A stretch of 64,000 nucleotides of DNA. Source: Antedon mediterranea (taxonomy: Eukaryota > Animalia > Echinodermata). Position 1 is the first letter of the stretch, and every line of letters starts with the position of its first letter. Both the position numbers and the translations under genes were made by a program. Below are positions 15,001 to 28,952 of the stretch, one piece after another. The notes beneath the pieces are model-generated. The model saw nothing but the letters and a program-made list of their open reading frames with translations. It had not been told where the DNA came from and did no database searches. The DNA is taken from assembly GCF_964355755.1 (NCBI RefSeq), contig NC_092675.1, positions 27,872,912-27,936,911 of the forward strand. The letters run 5' to 3'.

Positions 15001-18000
15001 GTAAGTTGTTAATGTTTCATTGCGATAAAATAAACATTTCAAATGTAGATCTTAAGGCATGTTATTCCATTTTTGGAAAAATATAAAATATTTTGTTATA
15101 GAATTGCAGGAAATATATATTTTGTTATATATAAAATATATAGTGTTTTATTTCTCAATATATTTGTGTTATGTTGTAATATTAATTTATTATTTCATAT
15201 AAATCCAACAGCAAGAAACTGAATGGATAAACTATATTGTGCTTATAAACTAAAGCTCTGTCTACACTATCAAACTAGTTTGACAAAAAATGTGTGATGT
15301 GCCCAAATATGGTTGTGATATGCCCAATATGATAGTGATATGATGCCATCGTGTCCAAATTTGGGCACATTACTTTTTTTTGTCACATAAAATTTGGTAG
15401 TGTAGACAGAGCTTAAGAAATAAGTATAATTTTTAGCTTAAAGAGCAGAGTAGAAACAGTCATAGGTTACAACCCTTGCATTAGTTCAGGATTGAACCAT
15501 GAACTTTAGAATTTGAAGGCAAGAACATCAACCTCCAATTTTATATTCTAAAACTTTCTTTTGATCCCAGGGCATTGTAAAGATACTAAGAATTTCAACT
15601 CAATGTTTGCAATTGTAAGTGGTCTAGGACATGGTTCAGTATCTAGGTTACGCAACACTTGGGACAAGCTGCCCAACAAGTATACGAAGATGTTTTCAGA
15701 CTTACAAGACCTAATGGACCCGTCACGGAACATGTCCAAATATAGGAATCTTGTTAATGCTGAGCACGTACAGCCACCTACGGTAAGTATTTTATACCCA
15801 TAATGTTGTCAAATTACTTCTCAGAACTTTATTATTCTTTAAAATACATTTGAAAACATAGACCAGCCCACAGATAATGTTTTTTTTTTGGTAGAATTGA
15901 ACTTTTTTTGTTGCCGTTGTGGACAGGAAAAATATTCCAAATTGTCTGTAATGTCAAATTATGGATTACAGTTTAAGATTTCTCAATATTTATTTTCCTT
16001 TTTCAGATTCCATTTTTTCCAATCACAAAGAAGGATTTGACCTTTATTCATCTTGGTAACGATTCCGAGGTTGATGGTCTGATCAATTTTGAAAAATTAC
16101 GTATGATTGCGAAAGAAGTTCGATTTATAATGGGCATGGCATCAACACCTTATGTAAGTTGTGTTTTAAATATAATTCTAAAAATCTAATGTTTTTCTAT
16201 TGAAAATATTAATTTCTGTATTTTTGTTAGGAAATATGCCTGTACATCTAGTTATACTGTCTTAGTTTTGCTATTTTTTAATATTTTGATTATAAAAATA
16301 TTTTTTTTCCGATAGGATCCAAGAGGCATGTTTGATCAGTCTTCAGTATTTGGTGCTCCCAACGCAAGTGTCGCTCATGCAGTCATGACAGCTGTGTCGG
16401 GACCAACCCAACAGCAACGCAAGAAGGCAAATGCTGCCAAGCGTGGATCAACCTTCCTTAATCCTAAGAAGATGTGGGAAGAAGTAAGATCTATTTCTTC
16501 TTTTTTTTCAGTTATTCACTTTTTCCAAAAAAATTAACAACAAGGTTTAAAAAAAAAACACAAAATCAGGGTAGATAACTTTGTTTTTTTATCCAGTTTT
16601 TGCTCCAAGTCAATATTATTACTATAATGTAACATTAAAATGGCCTATTCAAATAATTTATTTTTTTCAAGGATAATGTTTTATATAGTGCCATATCCAC
16701 AATAGTGCTCATGGCGCTGTGGACTTAGATGTTACATCTTTTCAACAACATTGTTCTCCCCTAAGGGTCACGTCATGTTACCGGCTGCCAACTGCTGCAC
16801 TATTACATCTGTCCACGAGATATATCTTGAATTTATGCCATTCTGTATGATGCAAACTATGACTTTGTTTCTTTGATGGCAGACTGTCATATTTACCTCA
16901 TTTTATGTGTACTTTAAACATATAATTTTTATTTCAAAATTGAAAAATGTGCAATTTGTGTATCAAACATTCTAGAAACACATCTTCCATTTAATGTACC
17001 TTAATCTTTCAATATGTTTTTATGCTTCATGGGTAATTGAATAATAAGATCACATGCTACTAGTCTTATCTTGTCCTTGCGCTAAATAGTTCACAAATGT
17101 ATGTTAATTGGAATTACAACCTGGTTAACAATAATTATTAAGTTATTGTGTATCTAGGCCGTAATGTTAAGTAAGCAGATAATAGCACTTGCTCTACAAA
17201 TGTGACCTCAATGATACTATGGGAAATCTTTAAAGAAAACATGTTAATTTCTTTTAATCTTGTTTATTATAGTTACTATTTACTCAATGCAACATATAAT
17301 ATTACCTTGACTTTTCTGTACTCTGTAATAGTTACACATTTATCGGACAAAGATAATGCTTTATACAGTAACCGCCGTAGTGGGCTAGATTACAACAACA
17401 ACTTCATCTAAGGGCTAAGGGACGGTCCCCTTTGTATCGAGCTGCCGACAAACTACATTTTGCATTTACACCATATTGGAAAATGAAAAAAAAAAATCTG
17501 CATTCTCTTGCCTTTGTATTTTATTTTATTACTATTTACATTTGTTTGAATAAATATACCAAATATATTCTACTACATTACTGTATCAAAAGATCTCCTA
17601 AACTCATTATATTTTGACATTCATTGTTGTATTATTAGTTGTTTACAAAATACATTAAGAATTTTGAGAATAAATGAGTTCATATATTATTTTCGCAGGC
17701 TCAGATGGCACGAAGAGTCCGCCTTTACCTCAGTAACATGCATGTTATAACTGACGAGTCAGAATTACGAGAGCTATCGCTGAAATGCGAACCCCTTCCT
17801 AGCAGTTCAAACACAGGGACGTTATCGCGAAGGAAGTCCTTACCGGATTTAGCGGTCAACGCCGTAAACCAACAAAATATCACCTCACCTGCTAAGAAAA
17901 ATGAAAAGAATGATCAGATTAAAAAAATTATTTATAAAGATGCTCCCAAAACATCATTTGGTAAGTTTTAGATTATAGTTTTTGTTTTATTAAATTAAAT

Positions 18001-21000
18001 ATAGTCATATATTGGAAATTTAATTTTGTGTTTTGGATATACTGTCTATGATCTATTAGAAATATGAATGCAAGATGTTATTTTTTGATTTATTATTAAT
18101 GCAGTTGAGTCAGTTTGTAATGAAAAAATTCAAAAATTTTAATTTATTTTTTTAATGTTTACATCGTCATAAACCGTATATATTATTCATATTAAGGGTA
18201 GTTTAGTATAAATTCATATTCTTTATTTTTTATACTATTTGGTTTTACAAATATTATATTTATATATTATTATTATACATATTTTTATTGATTTTCTCTT
18301 GTGAACTTTTATTTAACCTGGGCTTTTGTTGGATCATTATTTTATAGAAGGTAATTTGCATCAAGTCATATATTTAAAAGACTTTCAATACTATATGCAC
18401 TTAATGAAATATTAGTAGTTAAAAAGATTACACTGAATTATTAAGACAGTACATTTTTAGTCTCTAGGCTAAACTCCAGGAAATTACTTTTATAAGTAAT
18501 GTCTAGGAATCTATTTCTTTTTTAAAAAGAGAGAATAAAATTGCAGGAATATCATTTTTTTATAATACAATGAATTAGACCTATTTGTAAACAAGGTGGG
18601 GAAGTTGACAGGGATGTATTGTATCTTATTCATACAATGTGAGGTGATAAATTCAGGATCTTCTTTGAATGTATGACAAATGAATTGCAGGAAGTCTGTG
18701 TGGCAAGTTTGTTTCATGGTGTTACTATAGAATGACGGTTGCTGGATTGTTGTGGTGAATGGTATTTTTATTGGGGTTTCATTTGTTGGGATATATTGTA
18801 CTGATCTGTAGCACACATGACATACTTATTGTTTACGTGGGAAAATTGAATCTTTACACTAGCTAGGTTTTAATGACGACCACTGTATAATGATAATGTA
18901 TCAAATATGAATTGCTTATTTTCAAGACACAACGGATTATGAAATGCATGATTTACTTTTTTTTTCCAAATTTGTACCCTTTTTTTTTATTATACTTGCA
19001 TGAAGTAGTTGGTGAGAATTGTTTCATTTTATTTGTGTGATAAATTTTAAGTTTTGCATTTTATATTATTATTATTTTCTATTATGATTTTGCCATTATG
19101 TTATTAATAAGTAAACATTATAACTACAAAAATGGTGGCCCCAGCTGATTGTTTGTTATTCGGTTTCTCTACTAGGGGCCACCTCACCAAACACCCTTCA
19201 CAAGCTTCTAATGCTATCTGAAGAGGGCGACAGAGGACTAAAAACAATGCCCTTCAATCGCATTTCTGCTGCAAATAACAACAGCTCAAAGGGGCCATCC
19301 CCTCGGCAGTCCCCTAAAATGCAACCCCACGGGAGAAGGAAGGGGATGCCGGGGACAAGAGATACAGGTATGAATCCTCCACCACCCAAACTGCGGTCGC
19401 AACGAAGTGACAGCGGCTTAAGCATGAGTAGTACGGGTAGTCTGGACATGTACTTTTACAAACGAAGGCATACGGTTGGTGAGTAAACAAATCGCACTTG
19501 CCGTGACCTCCCGAGGGCAGCAAACTAATCAAATTAAAATTATTGAATTATATTACTAAACAATTCATGCATTTGAATCTGAATTTTTGGAATTTCTTGA
19601 GAACTTGCATTGGATACAAAATTTTAATCTGGGTTTTAAAACTTTTTTTTGTTTCCTAGAAACCACTAAAGATCAAAGTTATCGTGAATAATGCATGAAT
19701 TTTTTTAATTCTTAATTAATTTCCAACAAGAATTGTCAATTTTCCTCTGGGATAGAAATAATGTTGAATTATTAAATGACTTCTGATGCTTTATTAACAA
19801 TGCTATTTTTTATCTCTATTCTTTGCTAACAATTTATTTCTAAATAAATCCTTTGGAAAACGATTAGCAAAAAAAATGATACATTAATAGATTACTTTTT
19901 TTAGATAAAAGAATACATCATAAATTTTGACATAAGTTCTTTCTGAGAAAAAAAAAATTTGAATTTCAAAATTAATAAAGCAAAAATGAAAAAAAAAGGC
20001 TTGGAATTTGCTGCTCAAATTGACACAGGCAGAATGAGTGTTACTGTACTAGTATTAATCCTATTTATGTTTACACTCACATATATATATATATATATAT
20101 ATTATAATTGATATGCCCTACCCCTTATGCCTTCAGTTGTTTTTGTTATTTTAGTTTTGCACGTTTACACCTAGCATGCTAATTTGTGTTTGGTTTTATC
20201 ATTGTGTTCATTTTATTTTGCATGTTTTGCACAGGATATTGTAAACATTGTTATTATGTTTCATTTTGTTTTTACCTTGCTTACTAAATCGCTTCTATTT
20301 TCTTTATGGTGCTAGGTTTCGTTTTTAAGTTGCAATTCTTGTAAATATCTCTTTTCAAATGGCTATGAACTCATTCTTGATGGCTTTTAATGACATTTAA
20401 ATGTCTTAAAATGCACTGTGCTTTTATTTAGTCTAGATGTTGCTTAAGATATGAACAAATGGAGTGTTATGACGTCAATAGGATACTTTGTCTGCTTGTT
20501 ATCGGACATTTGCGCTTAGTATGCCCTGTTTTTCGCTCTGATTAAGCAGACCCATGCTAGACATCAACTCATGATACTTTTTTCGCTTATAGAAATTTCC
20601 TACGTTCTATTCAGGTGTTTCATATTTTGCAAAAAAACTATTCTTTCTCTAGGACTTTAGAAATACATAAATAAAAATATGGGAAAAAAATAGTTCAATC
20701 CATTATAAAAGCTATCTGGTTACATTTCATAGTTTGGAATTATGTTTTTTTTTGCTAAAAAATAATAATAATAATTCAAGCTTATATAGCGCATTATGCT
20801 AAAAGCCTAAATGCGGTTAAAAGTATAAATAAAATGGCAAAAATTACACAAACTTAAAAAGGTTTTTAAAAGCTGCCTGAAAATTAGAAATTGAATGACG
20901 AATAGAAAAAGGCAAAAAATTCCAATAACTCTCCATAAAGAGAGATTGCTAGTTAAATTTAACAGTTTACAAGTGCTCTGTGTAATTTGTTAATTTCTTT

Positions 21001-24000
21001 CAATATTCTGTTACATTACAGTTTTTTTTTTTTCTTATTCAAATTGCCAAGGATAACCACAAGTGAACTCAATCACTGTCCTTCTCTCAAAGGTGGCTCT
21101 CCTGTTCACACGACAAACATATACACAAGATGCTCTACATAAACAAAGACTTATTAAATTGTCATGAGAAAAAATCCTGACATATGACAGGACTTGAACC
21201 CAGGACCCTTGGATTGCTAGCTAAGAATCATACCCACCAAGCCACAACTCCAATTTAGATCTAACATTGACTGATTTTAGTATTACTATTTAATGAAATC
21301 AAATCTAGGCTAGTTTGAAATATACTTACCATGACATGAATATCGTTATGGTTATCGGCTGTACAAATCTAGTTTCCCTTCTTTTAATGTGTTTATTCTC
21401 TCTTAATGTGTTTTTCCTCAACACTTGATTGGAACATTTCTAGACTATTGGGTTGAATTCATTTCCATATAATGTTTTTAACATTATGTTGATGCAATAA
21501 CACATTTTTTTCACAAGTTGTTCTCGTAACTATCAAACTTGTTGAATGTTGTTTTAATGTTTTGTCATCATCAATCAAATCATTATTAGATTAATTTTTT
21601 GATGCATAAAAATCAAAATTTAAAAATGAATAATCACTTCTATGTTTTGTAAAATCGATCTGCAAAGTCTATCATTGTCTGATTACACTTTAGTTTACAG
21701 TTGGTGTTTTTTATTTCATACTACTGGTTTTAGAATTGTTGTTTCTTACCAAATTAGTTAGATCAGAAATAAAACTACGTTGAAAACACAAAATTATTAA
21801 CAGAATAATAGATAGTATGGCTTAATCTTCGTTTCCACTAGCGACGCAACCTATGGAACGTAAGAAAATGCCCTTCCAATAATTGTTTGCTCCTGCCTGA
21901 TTATGCAATACAGCATTTTGTGTCGATGCATAGCGTACTAGTGGGAACCACGCTTTAAAAAACACAAGACAAGTTGCGTTTTTATGTTGATTATTATTTC
22001 ATAATTATAATGCAATTAAAGCAAAGTTGTAAAAAAAAATTAGTTTTATTTCTGATTAAATAGAAAAAATATGTATACTCCATAGCAAAATAACAATAGT
22101 TTTTACATGCTGATTTCATCTTTTATGGTTCTTACATGAGTTTACTCACAAAGTTCATTAATTAAATGATTTCTCTGTATATTGTTTACATATTATTACT
22201 GTACATTCATTAAAAAAAATAATAAGTCATTGAAATATCAATAAGACATTTTACTAACAAATAACAAGTTCATTGGTTCATTTTATGTAAATAATTCCAA
22301 AATAGTGCATTTATTACTTGTCAAAATAATGGTTTAATGATTTTCTAATTGATTGATATGCTATAAATCAGTTAACAGAATGTTCAGGTTTACACTTAAA
22401 ATCAATGAAAGGCCACTGATATCCTATCACTCAATTAGGTGAGCGAAGAGTGAACTCTCTTCACTGGTTGTGAATTTTACGTAATCATAAAATAATGGAC
22501 AAATAGAAACGTTAATATAAAAACAATTCGTTATGATGATCACAATAAATGAATGAGTACATAGTAAAGATGAGAAGTCTGCAACAAGCAAAAAGTCTAC
22601 TTATCAAATAAAATATTTGGTTAGGACAACTTGTTTCACTCTCAGCTTTATCGTACACATTTGTAAAAAATAAAATTTGGTTACAAAAAATGTTTTTGAT
22701 ATTTGAAGAATCAAGTGGTCTTTTATTGAAAGTTGTGGTAAACTTTACGCATGCTAACACGATCTACAAATTAATTTCTATTGCTTTATTTAATTTGTAT
22801 ATTTGAACTATTTTCACTCTGTAGCAACAGGAAGCTCAGGCCCTCCATCTATAACGTTCAGCAGCTCGTACGAAAGCTCTGACTCGGGTCAAAGCGGACT
22901 ATCGTCCAACTATGACACGCAGAGCAACTCTTCTCTAGGCTCTGCATCACCACCCGCCAAGGACAAGAGGAAAGTTCAACGCGAACCACCTCCAGGTAAG
23001 ACGCAACATTGCGCAATGCTCGCATCTAATATTGATTGCAATTATTTAAAAACATTTATTTTAATTACTAATTGTTCCTAAGTTTTTTCCAATGCCGTGA
23101 AATGCAGTGTGATAATGTCACATAAGTATTAAATAAAGGGATTTGAATGACGTCTGGTTTATAAGATAATAGTTCATTTTCCCTGTATTAATAAAGTAAT
23201 TATTAATATTGTTTATTCTCATTGTTAATTGATTAGTATAGGTATGTTATGATTAAGTAAATTATGTACATATAGCTACATTATAGTTCTCCATTTTATA
23301 CCATCTTCCAGACTGAGTAATTTCTTATAGATTCCAAATCCAAATGTTTCTTTTCAACAATCTCATATACTTCATCATTCTGCATACAATGACACATTTA
23401 TTTTTACTTTCCCATTTGGCACCTTTTTCGATCTTTTACATATTGTAGTTGGAAACCATCAATTCATTGGATTGCCCTGCACAATTTTATTATTGAAATT
23501 CTATCTATTTAGAAATAGTTTACGATAAATATTTTTTTTATAAGCACCTTTTCCCAAATAATGAGTTTATACCTTTATTTTAATTGTGTTAATAATAATG
23601 TTGTCTGCATGTATATATTTGATTGCATGGGATATAGTAATTTATTATCTATTATTATTTTGTCGATTAATAGAGTTAATATCTGTAGTATAATTGGATA
23701 TACTTAATTTCTGAAACCTTTCTTGATAACTAAAATACATTTAATATTAAAATTTGATAATAATTATTATTTACAGGTAAGTGCATCAATTAATAATAAT
23801 TATAATAATACCTTTTAAGTTATGAATATTAGACACATAGTTTTTTAAAAGCATGCCAAATTTTTAGTACAAAAAAACTTTGTATTTACAAAACACTATT
23901 TTATTTTTCGTTTCATATTTTGTTATTTTTACTTTTTGCCTGTTTATTTCCACTAATTTGCGTCCAATTTCATCTGTTCTTTAGCAGCCACAATGTACAC

Positions 24001-27000
24001 CTCGCCCCCTGTGAGATCTGCCGACAGACCTGATTCAGGTCAGACCATCAGGATGTTGACACCTCCCGACTATAATACCGCTAGAAAGAGGTCCACTTCT
24101 TCACTAGGTAGTGGTCATACACGCTGGGTGCATGCGTTTATTTTGTTTTATTTTTCATTTTAGTTTCTGCATCTCATTTCTATGTGCATCATTTAGTTTT
24201 AGCTTTTTCACCGCATGCATTGTTTCTATCTTTTAGTTTTTAGCTTTTATTTGGTTGCTTAAGCTTCATTATTTTCTTTTTTTAACATGGTCCAACATTC
24301 AAATGCAAAGGGAACTATACTTCATTTCATTTTTCATTAAGCATTTTCTTTCTTTGCACCAGTTTATTAACTCTTAATTATTTTTTGTTTGCTATTGTTT
24401 TTACTAATATTCATTTTTTTTTAAATAAAAAAACAAATTTAGTTTTAAAAATGGTTTATTTTCTTTCTTTAACCCACATCCTACTAATTATTCTATCATT
24501 AGTATAATCATCAATTTCATTTTCATAGATTCATCTGTTTGCTTGTTGTGCATTCTTTACTCTCCCAGCTGACCTTTAGCACACAAATTTGACTCTCCCT
24601 CAAAGTCGGGAGGTTTGTCTTGTCTTGTAGAAAATTAAAACTAAAAACAAAACACAGATCTTATTTAATAATTTCACTTAAATTAACAAAGTTCATAATT
24701 CTTTTACTGTCATTTAGTAGAAACATTTGTCACAGCAAGTTTGTTAGTGTTAGATCAGAAATTCAACCAATAACAAAGCTCCGTAGAAACTTCTTAGCTT
24801 CTCACAGACCAATCATACTGATGTATTGTTAACAGTAGCTTAGTAGTATTACAGTTTGTTAGTAGTCATAGTATTGTTGATAAAACATATGTATGTTTTG
24901 TAGCTGGTAAATAATAAGTAAAGGCTAATAATAAAGGCCTACAGAACTGTATACACTGTGTGCAGGCTACTACAGTATATACTGTATACATCTGTAACTA
25001 ATAATATACTGTGTGCAGGCTACTACAGTATATACTGTATACTGTAACTAATAATACACTGTGTACAGGCTACTACAGTATATATTGTATGCTGTAACTA
25101 ATAATACTGTGTGCAGGCTACTACAGTATATACTGTATACTGTAACTAATAATATACTGTGTGCAGGCTACTACAGTATATACTGTATACTGTAACTAGT
25201 AATATACTGTGTGCAAGCTACTACAGTATATACTGTATACTGTAACTAATAATATACTGTGTGCAGGCTACTACAGTATATACTGTATACGGTAACTAAT
25301 AATATACTGTGTGCAGGCTACTACAGTATATACTGTATACTGTAACTAATAATATACTGTGTGCAGGTTACTACAGTATATACTGTAACTAATAATATAC
25401 TGTGTGCAGGCTACTACAGTATACTGTATACTGTAACTAATAATATACTGTGTGCAGGCTACTACAGTATATACTGTATACTGTAACTAATAATATACTG
25501 TGTGCAGGCTACTACAGTATATACTGTATACTGTAACTAATAATATACTGTGTGCAGGCTACTACAGTATATACTGTAACTAATAATATACTGTGTGCAG
25601 GATACACTATACTGCTAGAGTACAGTACTAGAATAAAATAAACAGTATTGTACTACACAATAATATATTTGAACCGGTATATATGAATATATATTGTTAG
25701 TACAGTCAACTCCGACATACCGGACTCTTCCAATACCAGACTTTTCTCAAGGTCCAAAAGGTCCCAAATTCATTTTACCATTAAAATCACATTCTGAATA
25801 CCAGACTTTCCGGAAAACCAGACAAGAATTGACTGTATAAAACTACAAATTGCCAAATTGTTTAAGATTGTCACATAGTATCTTAAATAAATATGCAATT
25901 TATCAATTGTGTTCAATTGTTATCCAAGTTATAGCATGGTAGCCGTGTTACCAACTTATCAATGATTTGGTACCAACTTATCAATGATTTGGTACCAACT
26001 TATCAATGATTTGGTACCAACTTATCAATGATTTGGTACCAACTTATCAATGATTTGGTACCAACTTATCAATGATTTGGTACCAACTTATCAATGATTT
26101 GGTACCAACTTATCAATGATTTGGTACCAACTTATCAATGATTTGGTACCCACTTATCAATGATTTGGTACCAACTTATCAATGATTTGGTACCAACTTA
26201 TCAATGATTTGGTACCCACTTATTAATGATTTGGTACCCACTTATCAATGATTTGTTACCAACTAAACAATGATTTGGTACCCACTTATCAATGATTTGG
26301 TACCAACTTATCAATGATTTGGTACCCACTTATCAATGATTTGGTACCCATTTATCAATGATTTGGTACCCACTTATCAATGATTTGGTACCCACTTATC
26401 AATGATTTGGTACCCACTTATCAATGATTTGGTACCAACTTATCAATGATTTGGTACGCACTTATTAATGATTTGGTACCAACTTATCAATGATTTGGTA
26501 CCAACTTATCAATGATTTGGTACCCACTTATCAATGATTTGGTACCAACTTATCAATGATTTGGTACCCACTTATCAATGATTTGGTACCAACTTATCAA
26601 TGATTTGGTACCCAATAATCAATGATTTGGTACCAACTTATCGATGATTTGGTACCAACTTATCAATGATTTGTTACTAACTTATCAATGATTTGGTACC
26701 AACTTATCAATGATTTGGTACCAACTTATCGATGATTTGGTACCAACTTATCAATGATTTGGTACCAACTTATCGATGATTTGGTACCAACTTATCGATG
26801 ATTTGGTACCAACTTATCGATGATTTGTTACCAACTTATCAATGATTTGGTACCAACTTATCAATGATTTGGTACCAACTTATCAATGATTTGGTACCAA
26901 CTTATCAATGATTTGGTACCAACTTATCAATGATTTGGTACCAACTTATCAATGATTTGGTACCAACTTATCAATGATTTGGTACCAACTTATCAATGAT

Positions 27001-28952
27001 TTGGTACCAACTTATCAATGATTTGGTACCAACTTATCAATGATTTGTTACCAACTTATCAATGATTTGGTACCAACTTATCAATGATTTGGTACCAACT
27101 TATCAATGATTTGGTACCAACTTATCAATGAATTGGTACCAACTTATCAAATATTTGGTACCAACTTATCAAATATTTGGTACTCTTGTACAATGCGTAG
27201 TGTCTGATGTGTCATATACTATTTTGATTGGTGGTGGGTTTGAATGAAAAAGATTAAACCTTTTGCTCTACTGGTGAAGGTATAGGTGGTGTCCCTTTTA
27301 TGAATGTGGTGATCGAATTATATTTAGAAAAAGTACATAATTATGTTTGAACATATTAACTTTGTTTCATTTAGTTATTGCATTATGATCATTTTATCAG
27401 TCTCCCTGCTCAACACTCGTCACTAACCAAATCAATCACAAACATTTCCAAAAGTAAAATTCATTGTCTTACAATTTTTGCATCGTGATTGTGATGCCAT
27501 ATTTAAAAAAAAAGTCATCAGCAAAAATTTCATTATACTTGGTGTTCAAATGTGAAAATTTAATCTTGTGCACGTAGGAATGACAGGATTAATAAATTCT
27601 TAATAATTACACTAATTTATAGAATAACTAACTTGTTTTAATTAACATTAATGTAGGTTCATAGTTTGGTATATTTGTTTAACAAAATTGATAATGTTAT
27701 TTACGAAAAAAAAGGTTGTCTGATTTGTTTTAACATATACATGTTTCTGCTCGTCTTTTTAGCTGGACTTTATAACGCTCCAAGACAAGAAATGACAGAG
27801 AAGAAACCTCCAAACTATGCTCTAGCAAAATCTATGGCAAGTAAGTTACAATGAGAGCACCGGTTAAATATTTAACTTTTTATTAAAATCATATTTGTTG
27901 GATGTTTTAATTAAACATTTCATTATTCTTAGATTACATTCTACACAAAACTTGTGTTGTAAATGTCTACACTATCAAAATAATTTGACAAAAAAGGGTG
28001 ATGTTTCCAAATGTGGTAGTGATATGCTCAAATATGGTAGTGATATACTCAAATATGGTAGTGATATGCTCAAATATGGTAGTGATATGGCATCATCCTG
28101 TCCATATATGGGTACATAACTTGTTTTTCACATAAGGTTTGTACAGAGTTTAAAGCCTGTTTCCCACAAGCAAACCAAATTAATACAATCAGAGTTCAGT
28201 ATTTTCGCCCAAATCAAATTGCCTAGTGGAAAACAGGCTTAAAGTGTGTCTATCAAATAAAATTTAGTAGGTATACCTTTCTGAATAATTATGAATTTTT
28301 TATTTTTGCAGGAAATTTCAATAGTTTAGGAAATGTACGCTCAAAATCTTGTGACTACTATGACTCAGGTACGTACATTTCTCATTTAATTTTTTTGTTA
28401 ATAGAATGTTAATTCATTATGTTATTGCTTTTCTGTGTTCTTTTTATTCCTAGTCTCAAAGGGAATATTTTCTAACTATTCTACTGTCTAAGTTTAAAAA
28501 TATTACATATTTTGCCAATACGTGCAAGTACCGTGGCATAAAGTTATGGTTCCAGGCATGTGATCTAAAAGTCCTAATTACCCACACCCACACAATTGCT
28601 TCAATTATACAAATTTGTCAAGAAATTTCTAGTGAATACAAGTCTAACCTATGATTGTATAGTGGTAGTAATGAATCACACAGAGTCTTGACATACAGCT
28701 ATAAATGCAATATATTTATTGGGTTGTTCCATCAAAACAGGAGTCTCTCCATCCTCAACACCCACAAGGTCTCACTCTGAATGCCCTCTATAGTGACATT
28801 CACTTATAGTATTACACAAACAAAAACTTTCATTCAGTGGCTTTTGGAAGAACAAACATTTGTTGGGTATTTTCAGAACTTGATTTTCAAGACTTGAAGA
28901 TTTTTACTTTTATTTTTTTTTTTCAGATGAAGAGCAGGTCTCTGTGGTGTGA
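15..28952 (+). CDS. RAPGEF2: Rap guanine nucleotide exchange factor 2/6 (PDZ-GEF) orthologue, multi-exon, 5'-truncated by the window edge
   Basis: Exons read with AG/GT boundaries and consistent phase: 15-87, 5072-5208, 5837-5922, 7370-7589, 8357-8521, 9174-9281, 10331-10402, 10955-11086, 11778-11886, 12549-12789, 13213-13441, 13947-14183, 14545-14721, 14901-15000, 15571-15782, 16007-16153, 16316-16483, 17699-17960, 19176-19367/19478, 22825-22995, 23985-24107, 27763-27840, 28312-28368, 28927-28952. Domains: cNMP-like ([10 protein letters not shown]...[13 protein letters not shown]...[12 protein letters not shown]), REM ([29 protein letters not shown]), PDZ ([20 protein letters not shown]), RA, CDC25 ([28 protein letters not shown]...[10 protein letters not shown]), PY motifs PPDY and PPNY, and C-terminal DEEQVSVV* (cf. 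vertebrate EQVSAV). Co-orthologous to RAPGEF2 and RAPGEF6. Confidence 0.95.
655..955. repeat. About 17-bp minisatellite (CCCATATTGAGGGGACA-like), probably an expanded internal repeat of a TA-flanked MITE
   Basis: Tandem degenerate units. Related GGGACACC/GTGTCCC sequence and TACAGTAGAACC/GGTTCTACTGTA-type ends occur at about 7063-7290, 8788-8947 and 11457-11620. Confidence 0.8.
5306..5445. mobile_element. Harbinger/Tourist-like MITE family A
   Basis: TIR (A/G)GCTCTGTCTACACTATCAAA / GATAGTGTGGACAGAGCT with TTA duplicated on both sides. Other copies: 15254-15413 (TAA TSD), about 27961-28150, 33335-33442, 36470-36570, 51373-51480 and 63902-64000. Confidence 0.85.
6007..6143. mobile_element. Harbinger-like MITE family B
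   Basis: TIR AGCTTGTTTCCCACTAGGACG / CGTCCTAGTGGGAACCAAGCT. Related copies at about 21825-21954, 28154-28239 (TAA on both sides) and 56226-56357 (TAA on both sides). Confidence 0.8.
15254..15413. mobile_element. Harbinger/Tourist-like MITE family A, full copy
   Basis: AGCTCTGTCTACACTA...TAGTGTAGACAGAGCT with TAA on both sides. Confidence 0.88.
21035..21252 (-). mobile_element. tRNA-derived SINE
   Basis: The reverse complement has A-box TGGCTTGGTGG and B-box GGTTCAAGTCC, and its body aligns by eye with the + copies at about 52057-52278 and 61629-61850. Confidence 0.8.
24955..25600. repeat. 50-bp minisatellite, about 13 copies
   Basis: Unit TACTGTGTGCAGGCTACTACAGTATATACTGTATACTGTAACTAATAATA, which contains the palindrome TACAGTATATACTGTA. 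Confidence 0.95.
25702..25835. mobile_element. Tc1/mariner-pogo-type MITE
   Basis: TA|CAGTCAACTC...GAATTGACTG|TA. Confidence 0.65.
25949..27183. repeat. 22-bp minisatellite, about 56 copies
   Basis: Unit TACCAACTTATCAATGATTTGG in head-to-tail array with no spacers. Confidence 0.97.

Noticed and set aside
18511-18816. 101-aa minus-strand ORF as a nested gene
   Set aside because: No domain or splice structure; more likely a decayed LINE fragment (unverified).
25949-27183. 22-bp array as a CRISPR
   Set aside because: Contiguous repeats with no unique spacers, no cas genes, and it lies in a eukaryotic intron.
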